NCBI GenBank assembly: GCA_038128225.1
Contig: JAYPJF010000002.1
Location: 39,451 to 103,450 of the forward strand
Direction of reading: 5' to 3'
DNA: 64,000 bases
Source: a bacterium
Lineage (GTDB): Bacteria; Patescibacteriota; Minisyncoccia; Phycocordibacterales; UBA2100
Below the pieces are notes generated by a model, which was not told where the DNA came from, did not search any database, and saw only the letters and a list, made by a program, of their open reading frames with translations. Position 1 is the first letter of the stretch. Each line of letters starts with the position of its first letter. The position numbers and the translations under genes were made by a program. Positions 35,277-43,904 of the stretch are shown here, one piece after another.

Positions 35277-36167
35277 ATGTATCGAGGCTTACTTTTTTCA
35301 CTGGTACTGGTAGCCTTAACTGTCCCTTGGATTGCGGATGCCGGATTTGGTGTTTCGCCCCCACTTGTTAAAGAAGACCGCCTTGTTCCAGGTATTACGC
35401 TTGAGCGAATTGTGTACTTGGTCCAGGGTAGCCCTGAGCGCGATCTGCAAGTTGAGTTGTTTGTTGAATCTGATATCAGCGACTGGATACGCTTTCCGCA
35501 AGGTAACCCGATCACGATTCCAAAAGGTGTGCAACAATTTCCTCTTGCTGTGCAGGTGAGTGTGCCCGCTGACGCGCAGCTCGGTGTATATAAAGGCTCT
35601 ATTCGCATCACCACGGTACCTGAAAAAGCTGACGAGGCAGGTGAAGTAGCGATCGCGATTGGCGGATTGGTTGAACTGGATCTCACGGTTGGTAATGACG
35701 TTATTGTCGATTTGAAAGTGCGTACGATTAAGATTTTGAATGTGAAGGAAGGCGATGACGCTGAAGCAGATGTCACTATCGTTAATAGCGGCAACGCACC
35801 GGCTGCACCAGACGCGGCGACGTTTGAATTATTCAACAAATTTGGTGAGCTACGACTAGCGTATGGTGAGACGCAAGAGTTCAAGCTTGTGCCCGCGTTT
35901 GGCGAGCTCGTTGAACATCTTTCGTTTCCTATCGATATTCATCTTGCTCCTGGAGAATACTGGGGCCACGTTAAAGTGTACAAAGATAAGGAGTTAATTG
36001 GAGAGTTGCGTACGGTGTTTAATGTTACGGAAAAAACCTTTTTGGAAAAATACCAGTGGTATCTCGTGGGTGCATTGGGGCTTCTTGCATCCATACTCCT
36101 CCTTGTATTTGTTGTCATGATGCGGCGCCAGAACAGACCCGTATACTACGAGCAACCTATACGATGA
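35277..36167 (+). CDS. Secreted protein with a C-terminal TM anchor (architecture reminiscent of DUF916/DUF3324-type cell-surface proteins, low confidence)
   Basis: Signal peptide, a GFGVSPPLV... beta-rich ectodomain, then a C-terminal TM helix (WYLVGALGLLASILLLVFVVMM) plus a basic tail. Confidence 0.45.
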   Translation: MYRGLLFSLVLVALTVPWIADAGFGVSPPLVKEDRLVPGITLERIVYLVQGSPERDLQVELFVESDISDWIRFPQGNPITIPKGVQQFPLAVQVSVPADAQLGVYKGSIRITTVPEKADEAGEVAIAIGGLVELDLTVGNDVIVDLKVRTIKILNVKEGDDAEADVTIVNSGNAPAAPDAATFELFNKFGELRLAYGETQEFKLVPAFGELVEHLSFPIDIHLAPGEYWGHVKVYKDKELIGELRTVFNVTEKTFLEKYQWYLVGALGLLASILLLVFVVMMRRQNRPVYYEQPIR

Positions 36168-36170
36168 AAC

Positions 36171-37265
36171 ATGCGCGTTGCAGCATTGCTACTTATTGTG
36201 TGCTTCATAAGCACGTGGGTGTATGCGGACACGGCGTCGATAACGGTAACGGTGATTATCGCACAGTGTACTGACGGGTCTGATAATGATGGCGATACGC
36301 TGATTGACTACCCTTCTGACCCAGGGTGTTCTTCGACTGGGGATAATGATGAATCAAACGCTGCCCCGCACTGCTCGGACACTCTGGATAATGATTCTGA
36401 CGGTCTTACTGATTACCCCGCAGATCCTGGGTGCTATAAAACCAGTTATATTTCCGAGGCAATGGCTGCGGGGGGCGGCGGTGGTGGCGGGGGGGGTGGA
36501 GGAGGCGGAGGTGGGGTGGTATCGAGTGGGTCAGCGGTGACTCTAACCGGGTACGCCTATCCAAATAGCGTTGTGCACGTATACCAAGACGGACGACGGG
36601 TATTAGAAGTGTATGCGGGTTCCGATGCGCGCTTTACTGCAACGATACAAAATCTTTCTGCGGGTATTTATACGTTTGGTGTAAGTGCGCAAGATGAAGA
36701 CGGAAGACGTTCGGCGCTGTTTAATATTCCACTCTCCGTCTCTGTTTCATCACAAACAAGTATTGGCGGCACCGTACTCGCACCAACGATAACATCGGAT
36801 TACGAAAAAATTCGTCACGGTGACACTTTGACGCTTTTTGGAGCAACGATTCCGAACGCGCAAGTGACTGTTGAAGTCAATTCTGAGACACAGCTCTTTG
36901 TTCGCGCTGAATCAAATGCTGATGGCGCGTATCTCGCGAGATTTGATACGTCACAGATCGAGCGCGGAGATCACGTCGCGCGCGCGAAAGCCGAGTCTGA
37001 AACTCTTTCGATTCCGTATGGGACGGCGATAGGGTTTGTTGTTGGCGATGTAAACGTGCCGCGTGTTGAGGCGTCTGGTTCGGTGCGTAAAGGCGATCTC
37101 ACAAGTGATGGAAAAGTTGATATTCGAGATTTTTCAGTTGCTGCGTACTGGTATCGACGAACACTTACCGCCGAGTTTGCGCTCATCGAGTCTGAAAGGC
37201 TCAATGGCGATGGAAAAATTGATCTGAAAGATTTTAGTATCATGGCGTATTATTGGACCTCATAA
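36171..37265 (+). CDS. Secreted dockerin-domain protein with two Cys/Asp-rich Ca-binding-like repeats and a Gly15 linker
   Basis: Signal peptide. Two copies of C(T/S)DxxDNDxDxLxDYPxDPGC (thrombospondin-type-3-like DxDxDG). GGGGGGGGGGGGGGG linker. Beta-rich domain. C-terminal duplicated dockerin-like segments GDLTSDGKVDIRDFSVAAYWY / LNGDGKIDLKDFSIMAYYW. Confidence 0.55.
   Translation: MRVAALLLIVCFISTWVYADTASITVTVIIAQCTDGSDNDGDTLIDYPSDPGCSSTGDNDESNAAPHCSDTLDNDSDGLTDYPADPGCYKTSYISEAMAAGGGGGGGGGGGGGGGVVSSGSAVTLTGYAYPNSVVHVYQDGRRVLEVYAGSDARFTATIQNLSAGIYTFGVSAQDEDGRRSALFNIPLSVSVSSQTSIGGTVLAPTITSDYEKIRHGDTLTLFGATIPNAQVTVEVNSETQLFVRAESNADGAYLARFDTSQIERGDHVARAKAESETLSIPYGTAIGFVVGDVNVPRVEASGSVRKGDLTSDGKVDIRDFSVAAYWYRRTLTAEFALIESERLNGDGKIDLKDFSIMAYYWTS
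36468..36525 (+). repeat. Poly-glycine codon tract containing G6 and G8 homopolymers
   Basis: GCGGGGGGCGGCGGTGGTGGCGGGGGGGGTGGAGGAGGCGGAGGTGGGG, with G8 at 36489-36496. Confidence 0.8.
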
Positions 37266-38113
37266 CTATGCGTATCTGTTTTCGACCATTTCTCTTCGCC
37301 GCGTTAATAGCTGTGTTTGTTATAGTCCCAGACCAGGCGATTGCCGCATCAGTTGAAGCACGTGTCGCTCGAGACGGGGCCCTGTGGAGAGTCACATATA
37401 TTTTGCACGCAGAGGGGGCTGCGTTAAACGTACTTGCGGGGACGTTTCCTTTTTCTTCTGATCTAAAAGTAGAGCGCATAGAAACTGGACGTAGTATCAT
37501 CCAGCTTTGGGTTACTTCTCCCAAAAATGACCGTGCTGGCGTAACGTTTGAAGGAGTTGTTCCGGGCGGATTTTTGGGGAGCGCAATCCCGTCCCGAGGA
37601 TTGACTGGCTCGGGAGAAATAATGACTGCCGTCTTTTCATCAGAAAAGGATCATGGGATATTGGCGGGTGGTTCTATTAGAGGGTATCTTCACGATGGCA
37701 GTGGGACGGAGGTTTCGCTTCCGTTTGCTGAAGTCACGTTTGATGCACGAACTCCTGAAGAAAACGTTTCTGATGACCGTACACCTCCCGCACGTATTTT
37801 TTTTGAAATTCTAAACGAGCCTTCAATGCTCGTGCTTGACGCTCAAGATAAAGAAACAGGCATCGATCGCTACGAGGTGAAGATAGGGCGCACTGAATGG
37901 AAGACTGTCGAGCCGCCGGTGCCGCTTTCGCAGGCGGAGCGAGATGCGCGCATTGCCGTGCGTGCATTTGATAACGCCGGAAATTTTCGTGAAGCCCTTG
38001 TTCAGGAATCATCTCCGAACGAAACATACAAGCGCATCTTAGGTATTATTGGCATACTCGTGATCGTCCTCGTACTGGCGGCGGTATATATGCGCGTGAT
38101 GCACAGGGAGTAG
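37253..38113 (+). CDS. Hypothetical secreted protein with a C-terminal TM anchor (286 aa)
   Basis: Signal peptide (FLFAALIAVFVIVPDQAIA), a beta-rich ectodomain, and a C-terminal TM helix (ILGIIGILVIVLVLAAVYM). Confidence 0.45.
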   Translation: MDLITMRICFRPFLFAALIAVFVIVPDQAIAASVEARVARDGALWRVTYILHAEGAALNVLAGTFPFSSDLKVERIETGRSIIQLWVTSPKNDRAGVTFEGVVPGGFLGSAIPSRGLTGSGEIMTAVFSSEKDHGILAGGSIRGYLHDGSGTEVSLPFAEVTFDARTPEENVSDDRTPPARIFFEILNEPSMLVLDAQDKETGIDRYEVKIGRTEWKTVEPPVPLSQAERDARIAVRAFDNAGNFREALVQESSPNETYKRILGIIGILVIVLVLAAVYMRVMHRE

Positions 38114-38137
38114 TTTCAGAACTTCTCTATACCGTCT

Positions 38138-39115
38138 ATGATACGTTTTATGAAGCACGCATTATTCTCTGGGATGCTCGGTGCGCTCTACTTCTGTGTA
38201 GGGGCGCTACCGTTAGTTGCAGATGCTGCAACACTCCAATTTGGTGGCGCAACGCAGGGGACTGTTGGAAGCACGCTCACGATTCCGATTACCGTGAGCG
38301 CAGCACAAGGAGAATCGGTTAACGCGGTTTCTGCAACAGTGCGTTTTCCCGCTGCGCTACTTGAGGCGACCTCAATGTCTTCTTCGGGGAGCATCGTAAA
38401 TTTTTGGGTGCAGCAACCAAGTTTTTCAGCCTCAGCGGGGACAGCAGAACTTGAGGGGGTAATACTCAATCCAGGTTTTAGCTCTCAGCAAGGAATAGTT
38501 GCAACACTGACGTTTCGAGTTCGCGCTGCTGGAGCAGCAACACTCTCATTTTCTTCGGCTTCAGTTTTAGCGAATGATGGGGCGGGGAGTAACATACTCA
38601 CCGCGTCTCCGTCAAAAACACTCACCCTTACTGCTCCTGAGGTAAAGAAAGAAGAGCAAAAGAAGATCGAGCCGACGACAGGAAGCGCTGAAGAGAAAAA
38701 ACCAATCGAGGTTGTGCCGCCACCACTACGTGAAGCAACAAGCGCTCTTGAGATTTCGCCGATACAGGACGATGTCCCCGCGACGTCGACTTACCAGACG
38801 CATCCGGCACCGTCGTTCGGGTATGCACTTCCTTTAGCAACGGGGCTCGCGATCCTTGGCTGGCTCATAATACTTGCACGGTTCCTTTTCGATCGGAGAG
38901 CTAAGGTGCCGCCTTTGAAACGTATCGCTGCAGCCGACCGCGCACTCCACCAAGCGCTTAAAGACCTACGATCTGACCTCTCGCACGAACTGAAACATTT
39001 GCGCGCAAAAGAGGGCGCAGGCACGCTAACGGTCGAGGAACGGCATATTTTGAAGCGTTTTGCAGGAGCGATGAACGAATTTGATAAAATTGACTCCGAC
39101 TCGGAGCGAGCGTAA
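38138..39115 (+). CDS. Membrane-anchored cohesin-like domain protein with a cytoplasmic coiled-coil tail
   Basis: Signal peptide. ATLQFGGATQGTVGSTLTIPITVSAAQGESVNAVSATVRFPAALLEATS...GIVATLTFRVRAAGAATLSFSSASVLANDGAG matches the cohesin beta-sandwich pattern (GxT(V/L)xIPVx(V/F)S...VNAxxxx(V/I)xF(D/P)..LE...). Then a Pro/Glu linker, a TM helix (LATGLAILGWLIILARFLF), and a basic/coiled tail. Confidence 0.55.
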   Translation: MIRFMKHALFSGMLGALYFCVGALPLVADAATLQFGGATQGTVGSTLTIPITVSAAQGESVNAVSATVRFPAALLEATSMSSSGSIVNFWVQQPSFSASAGTAELEGVILNPGFSSQQGIVATLTFRVRAAGAATLSFSSASVLANDGAGSNILTASPSKTLTLTAPEVKKEEQKKIEPTTGSAEEKKPIEVVPPPLREATSALEISPIQDDVPATSTYQTHPAPSFGYALPLATGLAILGWLIILARFLFDRRAKVPPLKRIAAADRALHQALKDLRSDLSHELKHLRAKEGAGTLTVEERHILKRFAGAMNEFDKIDSDSERA

Positions 39116-39150
39116 GAAGACCACTTGCTTTTGGAAGAAGAGCGAGTAGA

Positions 39151-39528
39151 GTGCCGTACATGAAATACAAATACACAGCCATCGTCGGGGCGATTCTTAT
39201 TCTTGCGGGATTGTTTGTATGGGGTTCTTTTGGGCGTGCTGCACAACCACAAGCAGAAGAGCCAGTGCGCCACCTGGTCGAGGTATCAGGTAACATTGTT
39301 CATGGTGAGCCGCAGAGAACTAAGCATGGGTGGCGTTTTAAAGAAAATGGCAACGTATTTGAGCTCGCTTTTTCTTCTCAAAGCATATGTGCAGGAAAAA
39401 CATCTTCTGGTATTTGTAACCCCACAAAGTTTATTGATGGACGTGCGGCGGATCTAGAAGGAGAACTTGTTGATGGGCTTTTGCGTGTGTACAAGCTTAC
39501 ATTTACTGAACCAGTAACGACTCAATAA
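39151..39528 (+). CDS. Hypothetical membrane-anchored small protein (125 aa)
   Basis: N-terminal TM helix. Two Cys residues in the ectodomain. Confidence 0.4.
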   Translation: MPYMKYKYTAIVGAILILAGLFVWGSFGRAAQPQAEEPVRHLVEVSGNIVHGEPQRTKHGWRFKENGNVFELAFSSQSICAGKTSSGICNPTKFIDGRAADLEGELVDGLLRVYKLTFTEPVTTQ

Positions 39529-39529
39529 T

Positions 39530-39970
39530 ATGCGCCTCCGCGTCGTTTTGAGCATTCTCGCGGCACTACTCATATGTACGGGAGTGTACTTGTTGCTTCT
39601 GAAACCTGATCACGATGGTGTGCAAAAGACCTCTTCTGTCATCATGCCGCCGACGGTTACGTGGCTTTTTGCAGAAAGTGCTGCCGCTGGTCCGGAAACT
39701 CCACCCAAAACGAAAGTGATTATCCGAACAGAACGAGGCCTTAAAGATGTAGGCATGTATGACGGAACATGTTTTGATGTTGCAGGCTCGAACTGGGAAT
39801 TAGTCAGTGGAGAAATATCCGCCGTGATTTGTTATTGGGCAGGAGGCGGCACGGAAATTGGTGTGTTTGAAGAAAATGGAGAGTATGTGGTGAAAGAAGG
39901 GGTTATTGAGGAGCCCACCGAAGAAACCGACGGCATTCGAGGTGTATTTAAGACACTCTTTGTGCTTTAA
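39530..39970 (+). CDS. Hypothetical membrane-anchored small protein (146 aa)
   Basis: N-terminal TM helix and an acidic C-terminus. Confidence 0.4.
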   Translation: MRLRVVLSILAALLICTGVYLLLLKPDHDGVQKTSSVIMPPTVTWLFAESAAAGPETPPKTKVIIRTERGLKDVGMYDGTCFDVAGSNWELVSGEISAVICYWAGGGTEIGVFEENGEYVVKEGVIEEPTEETDGIRGVFKTLFVL

Positions 39971-39997
39971 AGGGAATGGGTAATTGAACTGAAAACA

Positions 39998-40024
39998 AAA
40001 ACACCCAGCAGCGCTGGGTGTTTT
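39998..40024. terminator. Bidirectional hairpin terminator between the surface operon (+) and the LTD gene (-)
   Basis: AAAACACCCAGC-AGC-GCTGGGTGTTTT followed by T. Confidence 0.5.
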
Positions 40025-40037
40025 TGGTACGAGTCGT

Positions 40038-41717
40038 TTATAAACCTGGTGTCGGTGTTTCTCGGTCTACCCAATCACTTGCGGTATTGGTGTCAGTAGT
40101 TACTGACGATCGAGCAATCGAGTGACCGTCTGCGACTGACGCGGTTGATGGATCAAACGCTGTTGTATTTGACCCCCACGAAACTGCGTCAACCACAGTG
40201 TCTCCGCTTTTTAGAAACACTCCGTCGCTCGAATTACTCAAACCGTTGCCGATTGAGCCGCCCAGAACAACTACCGGTACACCCCCGGGGAAACTCCAGA
40301 AGTTCGCGGTTGTGCTGGTGCCGGTGACAATGAGGTATCCTCCTGCTGCGATCGTTGTTGTTGCAGGGAAGGCATCAGTTGAAGTAGCGTCCATGATAGA
40401 CCATCCGCTTATGTCGACAGGGGAAGCTGTGGGGTTATAAAGTTCCACCCACTCATTTCCGGGGTCGTCACCGTGAGCCGTGTCAGGATTATAGTACGCC
40501 TCACTGATAATGACATGAGCAACTTGCGGCGCGGGTTCAAGTACCGTCACCACGACGCTGTCCGCCGCTTCACCGCCCAATCCAGAGCACGTGAGCGTGT
40601 ATGTGCTTGTAGTCGCTGGACTTGCTGCAATCGAACTGTTGAGCGGAACTGCGCCACTCCATGCTCCTGAGCCTGTGCAGGTTGTTGCCTGTGTTGACGC
40701 CCACGAAAGCGTCGTAGTTCCGCCACGGGTAATAGTTGTTGGGTTGGCCGTCAAATCCACCGTCGGCATTGGGTGTGGACTTACGGTCACGGTTTCCGAT
40801 TCAGATACTGAACCTCCCGCGCCCGTACAGGTGAGCGTGTACGTTGTTGTCGTTGCAGGGGTAACTACCATGGAGCCTGAGGTGTCTTTTGACCCCGACC
40901 AGCCATCTGAGGCGGTGCACGCGGTGGTGTTTGTTGAACTCCAGCTGATAAGCGAGCTTGTGCCTACAAGGATACTCGCCGGGTTAACGGTAAGCGAAAG
41001 AGTTGGTGTGGGCGCTGGTGTAACCGTAACCGTTGTTGTGCCCGAAACCGATCCTCCGTTTCCTGTGCACGTAAGAACATACTGCGCGGTTGTGGTAGGA
41101 GAGACGCCCTCGCTGCCTGAAGTTGTTTTTAACCCACTCCAATTGCCTGATGCGGTGCAGCCGTTTGCGTTTGCAGCAGTCCATGAGAGTGTCGCGCTGT
41201 TGCCGGACACTATCGTTGTTGGGCTAGCGCCGAAGGTAAGAGTTGGCTGCGAGGGCGGCGCCGCGTTTACGGTAACCGTTGCGGAATCGCTTGTGGATCC
41301 AGTCGCATTACTGCAGGTGAGTGTGTATGTAGTCGTTGTTGCTGGGGAGACACTCAGAGAGCCATTTTTTTCTTGAGCGCCACTCCAACCACCGGAAGCC
41401 GTACACGTTTCGGCGTTTGCACTTGACCAGGTAAGTAACGATGAGCTGCCCACAGTAATCGACTCTGGGTTACTTACGTGAGATACGGTAGGTACAGGCA
41501 GCGGCGGAGTCTCACGACACATCCATAACTGCACGTGACTCGGGAACCGTTGTTTCAGCGGTTTAAGACCTTCGCACACTTGATCGTAAATATGGTTACG
41601 CAGATCATCGTATCGAAGTGGCGAATGATACGCGGAGCCAGCCTCAAGGACACCGACTCCTGCCGATAAAAACACAAGAGTTAATAAACCAAGCCAAGAA
41701 GCACGAAGTAATGCCAT
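40038..41717 (-). CDS. Secreted protein with 4 tandem Ig-like repeats and a C-terminal lamin-tail domain (LTD)
   Basis: Signal peptide. Four repeats of ~90 aa (T(L/V)T.NP..I..G.S..L.W.S.NA..CTASG.WSG.K..SGS..VSPATTTTYTLTC.G.GGS.S.S.TVTV). C-terminal HVIISEAYYNPDTAHGDDPGNEWVELYNPTASPVDISGW...SNSSDGVFLKSGDTVVDAVSWG is the LTD signature. Confidence 0.7.
   Translation of the reverse strand: MALLRASWLGLLTLVFLSAGVGVLEAGSAYHSPLRYDDLRNHIYDQVCEGLKPLKQRFPSHVQLWMCRETPPLPVPTVSHVSNPESITVGSSSLLTWSSANAETCTASGGWSGAQEKNGSLSVSPATTTTYTLTCSNATGSTSDSATVTVNAAPPSQPTLTFGASPTTIVSGNSATLSWTAANANGCTASGNWSGLKTTSGSEGVSPTTTAQYVLTCTGNGGSVSGTTTVTVTPAPTPTLSLTVNPASILVGTSSLISWSSTNTTACTASDGWSGSKDTSGSMVVTPATTTTYTLTCTGAGGSVSESETVTVSPHPMPTVDLTANPTTITRGGTTTLSWASTQATTCTGSGAWSGAVPLNSSIAASPATTSTYTLTCSGLGGEAADSVVVTVLEPAPQVAHVIISEAYYNPDTAHGDDPGNEWVELYNPTASPVDISGWSIMDATSTDAFPATTTIAAGGYLIVTGTSTTANFWSFPGGVPVVVLGGSIGNGLSNSSDGVFLKSGDTVVDAVSWGSNTTAFDPSTASVADGHSIARSSVTTDTNTASDWVDRETPTPGL
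40400..41495 (-). repeat. Tandem ~270-bp coding repeats (4 copies) encoding the Ig-like modules
   Basis: Visible protein-level periodicity, and recurrent DNA blocks (e.g. GTGAGCGTGTA...GTTGTCGTTGCAGG, ACGGTAACCGTTG...). Confidence 0.65.
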
Positions 41718-41827
41718 ACGGGGACTTGCCTAGCTTAATAATAGGTCGTTTAAGACCAGAAACTCTATTGGTAAGTATCGCACGAGTATATGAAAACAAC
41801 GTGTGGACATGGGTTATGATGTAAAAC

Positions 41828-42451
41828 ATGAAGCTTGTCTACTTCGTGCGCCATGGACAAAGCGAGGCAAATGTCGGGGCGGTATTTCAAGGAGCCGAAT
41901 CGCCGCTTACGGCGACTGGAAGAAAACAAGCGTCTCGGATTGCGGCACGCGTGGCGAGACTGCCTGTCGAAGTGGTGATTGTAAGTCCTCTGAAGCGAGC
42001 ACAGGAAACCGCAGAATGTATTAAAGCACATACTACGGCCCCGATCATTACAAGCCCGTTATTCCAGGAACGAAAGAAACCTCGTGGTCTTGAAGGGAAG
42101 TCGCTCCATGACCCGAAAGCGCAGCATGTATACCACGCGTGGGTGCGAACATTGTTTGCACGCAACCGAGAGCTTCACAGTGGCGAAAATTACGAACGCT
42201 TAGTAAAGCGAGCTCAACAGGCGCTGCGTTTTCTCGAGAAACGCTCTGAGCAGCATATCGCTGTGGTGACCCACGGTTTCTTTATGCGAATACTCGCTGC
42301 GATAGTGATACATGGGAAGGCAAACCCCGACATTGTGCGTGTGTTTGCCAAAGGGCTTGAGATGGAAAACACAGGTTTAACCGTATTTCGCTTCACTCCT
42401 GAACGCGGGTGGCAGCTATGGATTTGGAATGACCATTCACACCTCGGCTGA
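41828..42451 (+). CDS. Histidine phosphatase family protein (phosphoglycerate mutase-like)
   Basis: VRHGQSEAN catalytic RHG motif near the N-terminus, and a downstream HG (VTHGFFMR). Confidence 0.75.
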   Translation: MKLVYFVRHGQSEANVGAVFQGAESPLTATGRKQASRIAARVARLPVEVVIVSPLKRAQETAECIKAHTTAPIITSPLFQERKKPRGLEGKSLHDPKAQHVYHAWVRTLFARNRELHSGENYERLVKRAQQALRFLEKRSEQHIAVVTHGFFMRILAAIVIHGKANPDIVRVFAKGLEMENTGLTVFRFTPERGWQLWIWNDHSHLG

Positions 42452-42538
42452 GTTGTACACAGAACCTGCTGGCAGTGGGGTGTGAGTGCGTTAGCATTAA
42501 CCCAAGGTCGATTTTATGCCTTTTCTAAAGGAAAAAGT

Positions 42539-42769
42539 ATGAATACGAAAATGCTCCACATGGCCGCGTTTCTGTTGGTGATTGTAGGCGCCCTCAATTG
42601 GCTCCTCGTCGGCCTTGCTGGATGGGATATTGGCCAGATCTTCGGCGGCATGGATGCGGTAATTTCTCGCATCGTGTATGTGCTCGTTGGTCTCTCAGGC
42701 ATTTATCTCCTTGTTACCCACAAAAAAGATTGCAAACATTGTGGTAGTAACAATACTGCGATGATGTAA
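42539..42769 (+). CDS. DUF378-family small membrane protein
   Basis: The ATG at 42539 has the A-rich RBS AAAGGAAAAAG upstream. MNTKMLHMAAFLLVIVGALNWLLVGLAGWDIGQIFGG is the DUF378 two-helix signature. Confidence 0.55.
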   Translation: MNTKMLHMAAFLLVIVGALNWLLVGLAGWDIGQIFGGMDAVISRIVYVLVGLSGIYLLVTHKKDCKHCGSNNTAMM

Positions 42770-42833
42770 TGCATCGAACGCTTTGGGAACAACACGGCCC
42801 TCTGCGGCCGTGTTGTGCTATGCTTTGAATACC

Positions 42834-43904
42834 ATGTCAATATTTCGGATGCCGAAAGCACCTTCGTGGTTTGAGCCATACGTGCGCTACATCCCAACTG
42901 TTGCGCTTGTTTGGGGTATTATTTGGGACTCGCTCACACTGAGCCGCCCGGATCGCATTTTTGATAATCTTGTCGTACTTGCATACCTCACGCTTTCCGC
43001 GGGGATAATAGTACTCCTCAACATGGAACATAAGCGGCGCAGCATAGAACCGCTACTTCTTTTAGGCGTTCTTCAGTTTAGTTTTGGCAACCTGACAAGT
43101 GCACTCCTAATTTTGTACACAAAAAGTGGCACTATCATCGGAGGGGCGCTTTTTCTCGGGTTACTTGCACTTCTTTTGGTGAGTAACGAAGTGTTGCGTG
43201 AACGATATCAGCGCCTTCAGGTTCATATTGCGGTATGGTACCTTCTTGTACTTGCATACGCCGTTCTTATTGTGCCGGTACTCGTGGGCTCGATCGAATG
43301 GTATATGTTTTTTATGAGTCTTGGGGTTGCCCTCGGTGCCGCCATCGGACTTTTAAGTGTTGTGCACGCGGTAAGCCCGACAACAGTATGGAATCGTGTG
43401 CGGAATGTCGGTCCTTCAATAACTGCAGTTTCAATTGCGGTTATCGGACTCTACGCATTTAACTGGATTCCACCGGTCCCTCTCGCGCTTAAACATGTTG
43501 GTGTATATCACGCGGTGACTCGCACGGCAGAGGGATATGAGCTTACATACGAGGCGCCTTCGCGGCTCGCTTTTTGGCGATCCACAAGCGCAACGTATAA
43601 CCATCAAGGACAGCCAGCTTTTTGCGTCAGTGCCATATTTGCTCCAAAAAATCTGTCGCTTACGATCTACCATCGGTGGGAAAAGTGGAGTGAGGAACGA
43701 GAAGATTGGGACACCGTAAGCCTGATTCCATTTTCTATGAACGGGGGACGTGATGAGGGTTACCGTGGCTATTCTGAAACGAACCGTCTTACTCCAGGGT
43801 TGTGGCGCTGCGATGTTGAAACAGAACGGGGAGCCCTTATCGGCCGGGTAAAATTTTTTGTTCAGGAGGGTACTCCGACAGAATTATTTACCCGAGCGCT
43901 ATAA
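42834..43904 (+). CDS. Polytopic membrane protein with a C-terminal soluble domain (DUF2914-like, low confidence); start uncertain
   Basis: 5-6 TM helices, then a ...TIYHRWEKWSEE...TPGLWRCDVETERGALIGRVKFFV beta-rich domain. Confidence 0.4.
   Translation: MSIFRMPKAPSWFEPYVRYIPTVALVWGIIWDSLTLSRPDRIFDNLVVLAYLTLSAGIIVLLNMEHKRRSIEPLLLLGVLQFSFGNLTSALLILYTKSGTIIGGALFLGLLALLLVSNEVLRERYQRLQVHIAVWYLLVLAYAVLIVPVLVGSIEWYMFFMSLGVALGAAIGLLSVVHAVSPTTVWNRVRNVGPSITAVSIAVIGLYAFNWIPPVPLALKHVGVYHAVTRTAEGYELTYEAPSRLAFWRSTSATYNHQGQPAFCVSAIFAPKNLSLTIYHRWEKWSEEREDWDTVSLIPFSMNGGRDEGYRGYSETNRLTPGLWRCDVETERGALIGRVKFFVQEGTPTELFTRAL

Noticed and set aside
35225-35884. 219-aa minus-strand ORF antisense to the 35277 surface gene
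   Set aside because: Ser/Thr/Ala-rich low-complexity shadow of a Thr-rich gene on the other strand.
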